Below are positions 49,542-59,135 of a stretch of DNA of 64,000 bases, piece by piece (the stretch's first letter is position 1; the number at the start of each line of letters is the position of its first letter). This DNA comes from an uncultured Acidobacteriota bacterium (GTDB lineage Bacteria; Acidobacteriota; Thermoanaerobaculia; UBA5066). The position numbers and the translations under genes were made by a program. The notes below the pieces were generated by a model. It saw nothing but the letters and a program-made list of their open reading frames with translations, ran no database searches and was not told the origin of the DNA. The stretch lies in the NCBI GenBank assembly GCA_963779415.1, contig CAVZYA010000001.1, forward strand, positions 2,048,001-2,112,000, read 5' to 3'.

Positions 49542-50740
49542 GCGCCGGCGAGAAAACGCCGGATCCGGCGCGCCCCGGCAGCAAACTCCCCCGAGTCCTT
49601 CACGGCCCTCGCGAAAGCGCGCGGATGCCGGGAAAGCGATTCCCAGAAGGCGGCCCGCGAGATCGGGAGCCTGAATCGCGGGCTGTCGGGGAAGAGGCCG
49701 TCGTGCAGCCGGGCGAGCGTGAAGCAGCCCAGGACGCCACGCCGGAAATAGGAATCGCGGAGGGCCATTCGCGCGAGAAGGCGCGGGCCGACCCAGCCCC
49801 CGATCAGGCGGGTGTTCGTGATGGCGTCGAACCGGACGAAGGGCCCCTGCATCTCGAGGTTCAGGAGCTTCACGGTGAAGCCTGCCGCCTGAACCGCCTG
49901 CGAGGCGAGGTCCGCCGTGTCGTGCCCGCGATAACGCCCGGGGGCGCCGCCGGCGGTCTCGTCTTCCCGGAACGGGAAGAAGCCGTCCGGCAGCGTCCGA
50001 AGGACCTCCCGATAGGTCGTCACGCGAAGGACGACCGCGAACGTTCCGTGGCTGGCCGTCGCCGTGCGCGAGACACAGGAGACGGCTGCGACGCGCGGAT
50101 CCTCCATCTCGCCCAGGACGCGCCGCCACTCATCCCGCGAGACCCAGAAGACGTCTGTGTCGACGAAGGCCAGAAAAGGCGTCGTCGCGCGGGCCAGGGC
50201 GTCGTTGTACGCCTCGTGGAAGTCCCGACAAGCGGGAGATCGCGCGAGCCGCGTCAGGCCCGGAAGCCGTACTTCGGAGAGGCTCTGTTCCGCGGAGTCG
50301 TCGAAGGCCTGCAGGATCGCGTCTTCCGGGGGGATCGCCCGGAAGATGCAGGCGTGCCAGATCCGTACGAGATCCGGATAGACCGAGGCCGTGTGGATCG
50401 TGACGTGACGCCCGCCGTCCGGCCCCGACGCCGGAAACGCCGGAGGCGGCACGGAAGAACGTGTCGTACCCGGAGGCGCATCGCGCGGGCGGTAGCGCCC
50501 GTCCTCTCCGAAGCCGTTGTGCCAGAAGCCTCCGGCCCACGTCCCTCCCTTCCAGTGACTCGACCAGAAGACGCCGCCGCGGAACGTGCCCGACCGGAAG
50601 ACTCCTCCAAGCATGACACCCGCCTCGAAAACGCCGCCGTCCCACTCGCACTCCCAGAGGACGGCGCCACGGTTGACGGTCCCCGCGCCGAAGCGCTCGT
50701 GCGCATGGAGCTCCCCTTCGCGGAGAACGGCGCCGGTCAC
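49514..50740 (-). CDS. Hypothetical protein: aromatic/Gly pentapeptide-repeat N-terminus fused to a GT-A-like (DxD) domain
   Basis: Repeats WDGGV FEAGV MLGGV FRSGT FRGGV FWSSH WKGGT WAGGF WHNGF, a Pro-rich linker, then AYNDALARATTPFLAFVDTDVFW. Confidence 0.6.
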   Translation of the reverse strand: MTGAVLREGELHAHERFGAGTVNRGAVLWECEWDGGVFEAGVMLGGVFRSGTFRGGVFWSSHWKGGTWAGGFWHNGFGEDGRYRPRDAPPGTTRSSVPPPAFPASGPDGGRHVTIHTASVYPDLVRIWHACIFRAIPPEDAILQAFDDSAEQSLSEVRLPGLTRLARSPACRDFHEAYNDALARATTPFLAFVDTDVFWVSRDEWRRVLGEMEDPRVAAVSCVSRTATASHGTFAVVLRVTTYREVLRTLPDGFFPFREDETAGGAPGRYRGHDTADLASQAVQAAGFTVKLLNLEMQGPFVRFDAITNTRLIGGWVGPRLLARMALRDSYFRRGVLGCFTLARLHDGLFPDSPRFRLPISRAAFWESLSRHPRAFARAVKDSGEFAAGARRIRRFLAGAQEAATTSP

Positions 50741-51948
50741 GGCCGGCCGCTCATCTCGCGAAACAGGAATCCGATCCGTCGGAGGAGAACTCGCGCCCAG
50801 GCTCCCGCGAGCGCGAGGCCGGAGCGACCCGGCGCCGCGTTCGCGCGCACTTCACCGAGTCCCGGGAAGGCCGTCCGGGCGAGGAAACGCACCTTCGGAA
50901 GCGGCCCGTCGACGAGCGTCAGGAGCGTGCGGCTCCAGCCCTGCGAAGGGCGCGTGTAGCGAAGTGTCGGGACGCGAGACGCCGCCGTGCGAAGCGCGGT
51001 GTCCACGCCTCCTTCGAGAGACTTCAGGAAGATCTCTTCGAAAGTACCCGGAAAAAGCCGTTCGATGGCGGAGGCGGCGAACCAGAGCGGCGCGCCCGCC
51101 TTCCCTCCTTCCTTCGAAGAAATCTCCGGAACGAGCGTCCCCCCGGAGGCGGCCAGAAGTCGGAAATCGTGCGCCTGGATCCCCCGGATGCCGTTCCCCG
51201 CGAAGTCCTCGGCCGCGTGATACAGGAGATGGCGAAGTAGCGCGGGCCCCGCCGCGATCGCGACGGACGTGCCGTCGAGGTCGCGCGTCTCCGCCTGCGC
51301 GCGCAGAGACGCGCTCGCGTCGTAAACGCGCCCGAGAACGGGGAGGCGGAACGAGGTGTGGATCTCGAGCCGGATCGGGTTCTCCGGATCCTCGGTCGCG
51401 GGGCGCGCCACCCGCTCGTCCGGCCTGACGAAGACGCGGTGCCTCGGCGTGTCGAAGAGCGGGCGCCAGCCAGCCCGCGTGAGCGCCGCCGTCGCACGTT
51501 CGAGGTCGCGTGGCTCGCGAAGAAGGAGGTCGAGATCCCCCATCGGGCGGAGCGCCGGTTCGGCATAGTGGAAATTCGCCAGCACCGCGCCCTTCAGCGC
51601 CACGACCTCGACGTCCTCCTCCCGAAGGGCAGCCACCGTCTCGCGGAGAGTCCGTTTCAGCCTCGCCGCGCGAGCCGAGGACGAGACCCTTTCGGACGTG
51701 AGAAACGCGGCCATGTCGGAGGGAAGCGAGCCCGCATCGGAGAGCGTCGCGAGGAGCGGCGCGATCCCCTGGCTCGACGCCGCGAATGCGGCGAGCTCGA
51801 CCTCGACTTCTCGGGGAGACGATCCGAGGGAGTCCCGAAGAGGCTGCGCCGAGCCGGCCGCGACGGAAGCGACCGCGGAGAGGGAGAAACGGGCGAAGTC
51901 CGGCTCCCGGAAGAGCCGCTCGCAGTCGAAGCCCCTTGCGCCGAGCAT
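50737..51948 (-). CDS. Uncharacterised nucleotidyltransferase (NTP_transf_5-like)
   Basis: VVALKGAVLA...Y...ALRPMGDLDLLL, LEIH and HLLYH; GGAG Shine-Dalgarno. Confidence 0.85.
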   Translation of the reverse strand: MLGARGFDCERLFREPDFARFSLSAVASVAAGSAQPLRDSLGSSPREVEVELAAFAASSQGIAPLLATLSDAGSLPSDMAAFLTSERVSSSARAARLKRTLRETVAALREEDVEVVALKGAVLANFHYAEPALRPMGDLDLLLREPRDLERATAALTRAGWRPLFDTPRHRVFVRPDERVARPATEDPENPIRLEIHTSFRLPVLGRVYDASASLRAQAETRDLDGTSVAIAAGPALLRHLLYHAAEDFAGNGIRGIQAHDFRLLAASGGTLVPEISSKEGGKAGAPLWFAASAIERLFPGTFEEIFLKSLEGGVDTALRTAASRVPTLRYTRPSQGWSRTLLTLVDGPLPKVRFLARTAFPGLGEVRANAAPGRSGLALAGAWARVLLRRIGFLFREMSGRP

Positions 51949-52035
51949 TTACCGTCTCCGCCAGGAAGGATACGGCGGGAGGTCGCCGGAGCCCGCCGTC
52001 CGTCAGGCGCCGGACGGTAGACTCACTTCAAAGAG

Positions 52036-55000
52036 ATGACGTCAACACGCCAGACCCTCCGCCTCTCCTTCGCCGCGCCACTCTTCCTGATCGTCTTCCT
52101 CCTCGCGCTCCCGGCGAGCGCCGGCCTCCGGTTCACGCCGGTCGCCGCGCCGGAGGGAGCGGACACCTATGCGCTCGCCGCGGACGGCTCGACTCTCTGG
52201 GCAGGGACTCTTCGCGGGATCTGGAAGCTCCAGTCAGGGAGCTGGAGCCTCGACGGGCTTCCCGACAAGACCGTCTCTTCCGTCGCCGTCTTCGGAGGCT
52301 CGGTATGGGCCGCCACCGGCGACGCCCTCTACCAGCGTGGAGCCGACGGGACGTGGACCGCGGTGGGACTTCCCGGGAGCCCCGACGCCGTGACAACCGT
52401 TTTCGCCGACGCGAGCGTTCTCTACGCCGGCGGTGCCGGCGTTTTCAGGCAGAGCGGCAGCACGTGGACAGCGCTCCCTTCCGCCGGAGGACTCGTCTCC
52501 GGCCTCGCCGTCTATCAGGGGGATCTCGTCGCGGGTCTCACGGGATCGGGAATCGTCCGGTACCCGGGGGGGACCGGAGCGCCCGTCGCGATGTCGACGG
52601 GTCTCGGCTTCTCCGAAGGGGGCCAGGCCTTCGCCGTCTTCGGCGGCGTTCTCTACGCGGGGACGCCCCGCGGCGTCTACGGGTGGAGCGGAATCGTCTG
52701 GAATTTCGAGAGCGGCTACGGGAATCACGACGTCCGGGCGCTCGCGAGCGCGTCCGGTTCTCTCTGGGCGGCTTCTATTGACTCCGGCGTTTCGCGAAAG
52801 AGCGGCTCCATCTGGAGCGCCGCGAACGACGGGCTGCTCCTCTACTCCGCCAAGAGCTTCGCGGTGCTCCTAAGCGACCTCTACGTCGGAACGTCGGGGG
52901 CGCCCGTCTACCGATACTCGGGAGCGTCGTGGAGCGCGGAGGGGAGCGGCCTTGCCGCGGCCCTTATCTCTGACCTTTCATTCGCATTTGCAGAGACCGT
53001 TGTCACGGCTCGAGGGGCCGGATCGACTCTGACGGACAGTCAAGGTCCTTCCACACGGGCGCTCCCTGTTCCTTCAGGGTGCGGTGATGTGAGGGCAGCT
53101 GCAGTCGTCAATGTCGAGCCTCTCTTCCACGGCGACTATCTGGCTGCAACAAACTGTGGTCCATATGAATTCGATTTCGGGGGGACATCGCTCGTTGACC
53201 AAGGCTTGGACGCGGGGGCTTTCATCACGAGCCTGGATACTGTTCACCGCATTCCGATAGGCGCAGTCGCGGGAACGACGAGCGCGGGAGTCTGGCGGTA
53301 TTCGTCGGGATCCTGGACCCCGATGAACGACGGCCTCGCCCCGACAGCCTCCATTGCGACGATACGGTACGTGGGGACCGATCTTTTCGCCGGGCCTGAC
53401 CAGGGAGTGGTACGTCTTGGAACCGACGGGACGTGGAACGACGAGTCGTCGGGGCTCCCGATCGGCAGCGTCGTCCAGGCGCTGGGAGGGCCGGGGGCTC
53501 CTTCGGGACCCGTCTACGCCGGTCTTTCCTTCGGCGGAATCTACCGGCGGGACGCCGGGACGACCTTCTGGAGAAGCGACTCGAAAGGGTTTGGAAGCAG
53601 CTCCGTCTACTCGCTCGACATGGCCTCCAGTCGCCTCTTCGCGGCGGCCGGCACGGCCGCGGTCTTCCGCAAGGATGCGGGGACCTGGCTACCGGAGAGC
53701 TTCGGCCTTCCAGCTGGCGCCGACGTCCGCGTCGTCCGTTCCGACTGTAAAGACTTGCAGTGCCAGACAGGCGTCATTCAAGTAACGGTCTTCGCTGGGA
53801 CGAACGGCCAGGGACTCTATTCCGCCCGAGCCGATTCTTCGGTGAAGACGATCCCCGTCGTCCTCGACGTAATCGGTTCCGGCGGGACGCCGTTCAATAC
53901 GGAGCTCGTGCTTGGAAATCGCGCTACGTACGGCACGTCGCTTCCGGTCACCCTGACGTTCTCCGCGGCCCCCGGTTACGGCGCCCCGGCGGGGGGGAGC
54001 GCGACCGTGACGATTCCGCCGGGGACGGAGATCCGCGCTGCCGACGCCCTGGCATATCTGCGCGGTCTCGGGATTCCGATCCCGACCGCCGGGCCCGACG
54101 CTCCCATCGCAGGAAGCCTCACGATGAGCGCGGGCTCGTCCACGGACTTTCTCTACGGCGCGGCGCGGTCGTACACGCCCGGACCTTCGGGGGGGACGTA
54201 CGGAGTCTTCCTCGAGGCGGAGAGCGACATCGACGCCGCCGAGGAGAGCGCGTGGGTCTACGGCCTCAGGAGCGTCTCGGGAGCGTCGCGGTCGAACCTC
54301 GCCGTCACCGCGCTCCCCGGGCGCGGGACCGATCCCGTCACGCTCCAGGTCCAGCTCTACGGCGCCTCGGGCGCGCCGGCTCCGATCGTCCTCACCCGCA
54401 CGCTCTCGCCGGGCGACTGGTACCAGTGGAACGGCGTACTGGCGCAGGCGGGCCTTCCGAACGGCACCTTCGGCTACGCGCGCATCCGCCGTCTCTCCGG
54501 AAGCGCGGCGTGGATCGCCTACGGCGTCGTGAACGACGCGGTGACGAGCGACGGGTCGGTCCTTCCGATGTTCCGCAACGGCGGCGTCTCCGCGGCCCGG
54601 ACCCTGATCGTCCCCGTCGCCGCCGATCTCGTCGGACAGGGAAGCTCTCATTTCACGACGGAGCTGACTCTCACTAACGACGGGCCGATCGGGACCCCCG
54701 TCGACCTGACGTACCGTCCTGCGCCCGGCTACGGGAGCGCCGGGGGGGTTCCTTTCGTCACCGTCACCGTCGCGGCGCGGCAGCAGACGACGATCCTGAA
54801 CGTCCTCCAGTACCTTCGCGATCACGGAGTCACGATCCCCGACGCCTCGACCGGTCCGCAGGCCGGAACGATTCTCGTCTCCTTCCGGAATCTCACCAGC
54901 CTCACGACGCCGCGCACCGTGGCGCTCGCCCGGACCTCGACTCCCGGCGGGGCCGGCGGCGCGTACGGCGTCTTCTACACGGCCATCCCTTCGGGGGGCG

Positions 55001-55358
55001 GGTCGCGCACCCCGGCCCTCGTCACCGGCCTCGTCCAGAACGCCGCCGCGCGGTCGAATCTCGCGATCGTCCATGCCGGGGGGGCTCCGGGGGGCCCATC
55101 ACCCTTCAGGTCACGCTCTACGACGCGGCGACCGGGCTCGCCGTCGGGAATCCGCTGACCGAAAGGCTGAATACCGGAGATTGGCTCCAGTGGTCGAACG
55201 TCCTTGCGAAGGCGGGCGTCCCAGCCGGGACGACGGCGGCCTACGCGGTCGTCACACGCATCTCGGGCGACGACACCTTCTTCGCCTACGGCGTCCTCAA
55301 CGACGCCGTGACCTCCGACGGCAGTTACGTTGCCATGCACCCGGACGCCTGGTACTGA
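52036..55358 (+). CDS. Large secreted beta-propeller protein with duplicated C-terminal beta-sandwich modules; frameshift near 55085
   Basis: Signal peptide, many L[WYF]AGT..GV.....G..W...GL blades, and two copies of a module with RSNLA, GDWxQW and AYGV.NDAVTSDGS. The true end HPDAWY-TGA (55356-55358) is in another frame. Confidence 0.8.
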
Positions 55359-55380
55359 TCCTCCGGAGGATCGGCGCCGA

Positions 55381-56667
55381 TCACTCCGCGCGCTTCGGCG
55401 CGAGGAAGCGGTCGTAGAGGATCATCAGGAGCGTCGAGACGAAGCCGATCGCGGCCACCCAGAGCCACATCGACTCCGGATGCGCGACGGTCCCCGCCTT
55501 GAAGCCGTTCACGTACCTCTCCACGAGCGGTCCGGCGATGGCGCCCGCCACGAACGTGCCGATCGCGATCGGCAGGAACGCGAAGCCCATGTAGGTCCCC
55601 ACCTGCTCCTTCGGGGCCAGGTTGGCCACGTACTCGTAGAAGCGGGGGGACTGGAGCCCCTCGCCGAGGGCGAAGATCACGATGGCGGCGATGGTGACCG
55701 TTAGGGTCGGGACGGTGGCCATGACGAGCCAGCAGACGCTGGCGAGGAGAAAGCCGATCGTCATGGCGCGGATCGGCTTGAGCTTCTTCGCGAGCGCCGT
55801 GATCGGGATCGTCACGAGGATGATCGCCCACGCGTCGACCGTCTCGATCAGCTCGAAGCGGGGGAACTTCAGGACGTCCCGGACGTAGAACGGCAGCGAG
55901 TAGAAGACCTGCCAGAACATCATCCAGAAGCCCGAGAAGATGACGAGGAACGAGACGAAGCGGAAGTTCCGGAAGACCTTCACCATGTCGAGAAGAACGC
56001 CCCCCATCGACTTCGGGGGCGCCGCGTCGGCCGGACGGGGGGGCTCCCGGAAGAGGAGAAACGTCGCGAAGAAGAGGGCGAAGGACGTCGCCGAGGACAT
56101 CACCAGCACCCAGGCGATGCCGACGTTCTCGCGGACCGGGATCGCGAGGATCGGTCCGACGGCGCCGCCGATGTTCACGAGGGTGTAGTAGATCGAGTAG
56201 CCGAGCGCCTTCGTCCCTTCGGTCGTCGTCCGGGCCACCGTGCCGACGATGCTCGGCTTGATGAGCGATCCGCCGACGGCCGTCACGATGAGGGCGAAGA
56301 GCGTGTACGTCCGGGGCCCGCCGAGCGCCGCGACGAGGGGCGCGCCGACGGGAAGCCCGGCGAGGCCGATGAGGCAGTAGCCGACCGAGAAGATCGCGAA
56401 GCAGGCCATCAGGCTCCGCTTGAACCCGAAACGGTCGACGACCGTCCCGGCGACCGGCGGGAGGAGGTAGAGGAGGGTGTTGAAGACACTTCCGGCGAAG
56501 AGGCCGGCGGTGGTCGGCCCGAGCCCGATCCCGTCCGCGATGTAGACGGCGAGAACCGCCTTCGAGGCGTAGTACGCGAAGCGCTCGAACAGCTCGAGCG
56601 TGTTCGCGATCCAGAACGTCTTCGAGAAGCCGGACTTCAGTTCGGCAACCCGGGCGGCGGCACCCAA
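55381..56667 (-). CDS. MFS transporter, POT/peptide:H+ symporter-like
   Basis: ELFERFAYY (ExxERFxYY), GGSLIKP, YYTLVNIGG and about 12 TMs. Confidence 0.88.
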   Translation of the reverse strand: MGAAARVAELKSGFSKTFWIANTLELFERFAYYASKAVLAVYIADGIGLGPTTAGLFAGSVFNTLLYLLPPVAGTVVDRFGFKRSLMACFAIFSVGYCLIGLAGLPVGAPLVAALGGPRTYTLFALIVTAVGGSLIKPSIVGTVARTTTEGTKALGYSIYYTLVNIGGAVGPILAIPVRENVGIAWVLVMSSATSFALFFATFLLFREPPRPADAAPPKSMGGVLLDMVKVFRNFRFVSFLVIFSGFWMMFWQVFYSLPFYVRDVLKFPRFELIETVDAWAIILVTIPITALAKKLKPIRAMTIGFLLASVCWLVMATVPTLTVTIAAIVIFALGEGLQSPRFYEYVANLAPKEQVGTYMGFAFLPIAIGTFVAGAIAGPLVERYVNGFKAGTVAHPESMWLWVAAIGFVSTLLMILYDRFLAPKRAE

Positions 56668-56668
56668 A

Positions 56669-56932
56669 TCAGCGTCGCTCGCGTCCGATGAGCCAACCGA
56701 CGGCCAGGCCGATCCCGAGGGCCCCGAGGGCCATCAGGAAAGCGTTGTCCCGCCCGACCCGGTCGACGGTCTTCACGTGCCGCTCCATCTGCTTGCGGAG
56801 GCGCCGGCCTCTCACTTCGGCCTGCTCCAGCGCGTTCTCGACGCGGTCGGCGAGCGCCTCGGCCAGCTCTTCGCCACGTCCTCCGGCGGCCTTCATCCCT
56901 TCACGAACGGATCCGAGAATGTCGCGTTCCAT
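56669..56932 (-). CDS. Small C-tail-anchored protein, ElaB/YqjD (DUF883)-like
   Basis: Helical charged N-terminus, C-terminal TM ALGALGIGLAVGWLIG followed by RERR. Confidence 0.65.
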   Translation of the reverse strand: MERDILGSVREGMKAAGGRGEELAEALADRVENALEQAEVRGRRLRKQMERHVKTVDRVGRDNAFLMALGALGIGLAVGWLIGRERR

Positions 56933-57001
56933 CGGCGTGCTCCCCGAAGCGATCTTACCCCGTAACCGCTTCCGTTCCGGTCCGCGCGCGAGCGTTCATC
57001 T

Positions 57002-57814
57002 CTAGCGTGTCGCGACGTCGAACTGGCGGATGATGCTGAAGCCGAGTCGGATGTTGGAATCGGTCACCCCGCCGCCATAGTCGCCGGCGAGGATCTGGTC
57101 GACGGTCGTGGCCGCGGAGTTTCCGATCCAGACGGAGAACCGGTGGCGGTAGAGAGCCTTCTCGATCGCGAAAGACCATTGCCCCACGGAGCCGGGGAGG
57201 TTCCGGTTGCGCGGAACGTACTCGCCGGAGGCGAACCAGCCCTTCCCCATCTTGACTTGGACGTCGATCGGGACGTTGAAGACGTTCCTGAACTGCGGCG
57301 TGTTTGAGACGTAGGAGGGAGCGGCCGCGATGGTCACGAGGTCTCCGATCGTTGCACTGAGGAGGACCTGGCCGAAGGCCCCGGTCTTGTCCGGCGTCTG
57401 GACCTTCGTCTCCCAGTCGAGTCCGCCCCGGACGGCGATGCCGAAGGGGCGCTGCCTGGTCGCGGAGAGGAACGCGTATTTCGCCGCGAACTCGTAATCG
57501 CCCCCGGTCGACGCCCGGTAGACCTCGATCGAAAGGCGGTCCACGGGGACGTAACCGAGCCCGAGGCCGATGTTGGCGCCCGAGTCGAGGCCGAAGAGAT
57601 TGTTTCCGCCGGCGCTGATCACGGGCTGGTTGAACCGGTGGGTGAAGAGAGCCTCGAGGATTCCTTTCTCGTTCACGAGCGGTGACGCGGTCTGAAGGAA
57701 CCGGTCCGCATAGCCGGGATCCCAGAACTTCGCCTCCTGGGCGAAGGCGGGGCGCGAGGCGGCGATGAGGAGCGACACGGCGGATGCGGCGAGGAGAGGA
57801 AGGTGCTTCGTCAT
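57002..57814 (-). CDS. Outer-membrane beta-barrel protein, DUF5777-like
   Basis: Signal peptide, FTHRF, NLFGLDSGANI, HRFSVWIGNS and terminal RLGFSIIRQF. Confidence 0.7.
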   Translation of the reverse strand: MTKHLPLLAASAVSLLIAASRPAFAQEAKFWDPGYADRFLQTASPLVNEKGILEALFTHRFNQPVISAGGNNLFGLDSGANIGLGLGYVPVDRLSIEVYRASTGGDYEFAAKYAFLSATRQRPFGIAVRGGLDWETKVQTPDKTGAFGQVLLSATIGDLVTIAAAPSYVSNTPQFRNVFNVPIDVQVKMGKGWFASGEYVPRNRNLPGSVGQWSFAIEKALYRHRFSVWIGNSAATTVDQILAGDYGGGVTDSNIRLGFSIIRQFDVATR

Positions 57815-57822
57815 CTCGGACC

Positions 57823-58215
57823 TCAGTCGTTCGGCGCCCCGCGCCGCACCCAGTCGACGAGGAGCTGCTGCGTGGCGGAGGAAAGGTAGGGGCCGCCGAA
57901 GGGCATCCGGGCTCCGGTGATCGTCGCGTCCCCCGCGGTCTTGGAGACGAGGTAGGACGACGCGGGGTCGCCCGGGGCGATGCGGAGGCGCGTCGATTCG
58001 ACGGCCCTCACGCCGACGATCGAGGCGTAGCTCCTTCCCGCGGAGAGGTCCATTCCCTGCTGGGGGGCCGCTCCGGCGTGGCATCCCGAGAGGGCGCACG
58101 AGGGGGTGAAGATCTCCGCCTGGACCTGGGTGAACGTCGCGGACGGATTGACCGGCTCTAGAGGCTCCGTAGGCGTCTTCCTCGTTCCGCACGCGGCGAG
58201 GGAGAGTGCAATCAG
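57823..58215 (-). CDS. Lipoprotein with a cytochrome c-like domain and atypical CX4CH heme motif; start uncertain
   Basis: Lipobox LAAC, IFTPSCALSGCH, PGDPASSYL, RMP and DWVRRGAPND. No nearby ATG/GTG; CTG 58215 is the nearest candidate. Confidence 0.65.
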   Translation of the reverse strand: MIALSLAACGTRKTPTEPLEPVNPSATFTQVQAEIFTPSCALSGCHAGAAPQQGMDLSAGRSYASIVGVRAVESTRLRIAPGDPASSYLVSKTAGDATITGARMPFGGPYLSSATQQLLVDWVRRGAPND

Positions 58216-58257
58216 GGCCGCCGAAGCGGCTAGACTTCCCGTGAAGGAGAGGACCCG

Positions 58258-58578
58258 ATGATTCGATACGGCGCCGTCACGCTCGCTCTTCTCTTCGCGG
58301 TTCCCGCCGCCGCGGAGGAGCCGAAGCGATCCGCTCTCTGGAACGCCTACTGCGTCGTCTGTCACGGTCCGGACGGCAAGGCGCAGACCGAGGAAGGAAA
58401 GAAGAAGGGGGCGCGGAACCTCTCCGACGCTCGCTGGCAGGCCACGGTCTCGGACGACCGTCTCCACGACTCGATCCGGCGGGGGCGTGACAAGATGCCG
58501 TCGTTCGGAAACAAGCTGAGCGAGGAGCAGATCAGGGCGCTCATCGCCGAAGTGAGGTCGCTGGCCGCGGCGAAGTGA
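58258..58578 (+). CDS. Class I cytochrome c (monoheme, periplasmic)
   Basis: Signal peptide, CVVCHGPDG and axial Met in KMPSF; AAGGAG Shine-Dalgarno. Confidence 0.92.
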   Translation: MIRYGAVTLALLFAVPAAAEEPKRSALWNAYCVVCHGPDGKAQTEEGKKKGARNLSDARWQATVSDDRLHDSIRRGRDKMPSFGNKLSEEQIRALIAEVRSLAAAK

Positions 58579-58610
58579 CGTCGCGGGCCGCCGCGTCCGG
58601 GTCGCGAGCC

Positions 58611-59090
58611 TCATTTCGGCGCGGCCTTTGTCGGGATCTCGTCCGGGATGGGTGGGGCATGGACCATCGTCCCGCCGATGTGACCGGTGATCGCGACGAG
58701 CGCCACGGCGAGAAGGGCCGCGAGGAGAGCGGGAACGGGGGACCCCCCTTTGAGACGGGCGCGGAGGGCGAGGACGAGGGCCGTCACGGCGACCGCGAGA
58801 AACGTCAGTGCGAGAAGCGCGTGCTTGCGGGCGAGTCCCATGACGGCGAGCGGCCCGGGAATCGGGCCCCACCCCCCGGCGAGGTAGGCGAGCTTGTCGG
58901 CCCAGATCCAGCCGGTGAACGCGGCCGCAAGAGCGCCCGCGACGGTTGCGGAGAGGAGGAGGACGGACGCCGTGAGGGCCGGCTCGCGATCGGCGCGGCG
59001 GAGCGTCGCGATCGCGAGCGCCGCCGCCGCGAAGAACGCCCCCGCGATCGGGAAGTGGACGAGAGAGGGATGAAGCGGCAGCTCGTTCAT
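58611..59090 (-). CDS. DUF2231-like membrane protein
   Basis: PLHPSLVHFPIA, AFTG, H...LAL and ITGHIGGTMV; four TMs; AAGGAGGAG Shine-Dalgarno. Confidence 0.8.
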   Translation of the reverse strand: MNELPLHPSLVHFPIAGAFFAAAALAIATLRRADREPALTASVLLLSATVAGALAAAFTGWIWADKLAYLAGGWGPIPGPLAVMGLARKHALLALTFLAVAVTALVLALRARLKGGSPVPALLAALLAVALVAITGHIGGTMVHAPPIPDEIPTKAAPK

Positions 59091-59135
59091 TCCGGCGGGG
59101 CTCCTCCTTCGGCGGACGGGATGATACTGGATCTC

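Noticed and set aside
38331-51948. Lasso peptide or other RiPP cluster call
   Set aside because: No cyclase, leader peptidase, RRE or precursor is visible, and the intergenic gaps are too small to hold one.
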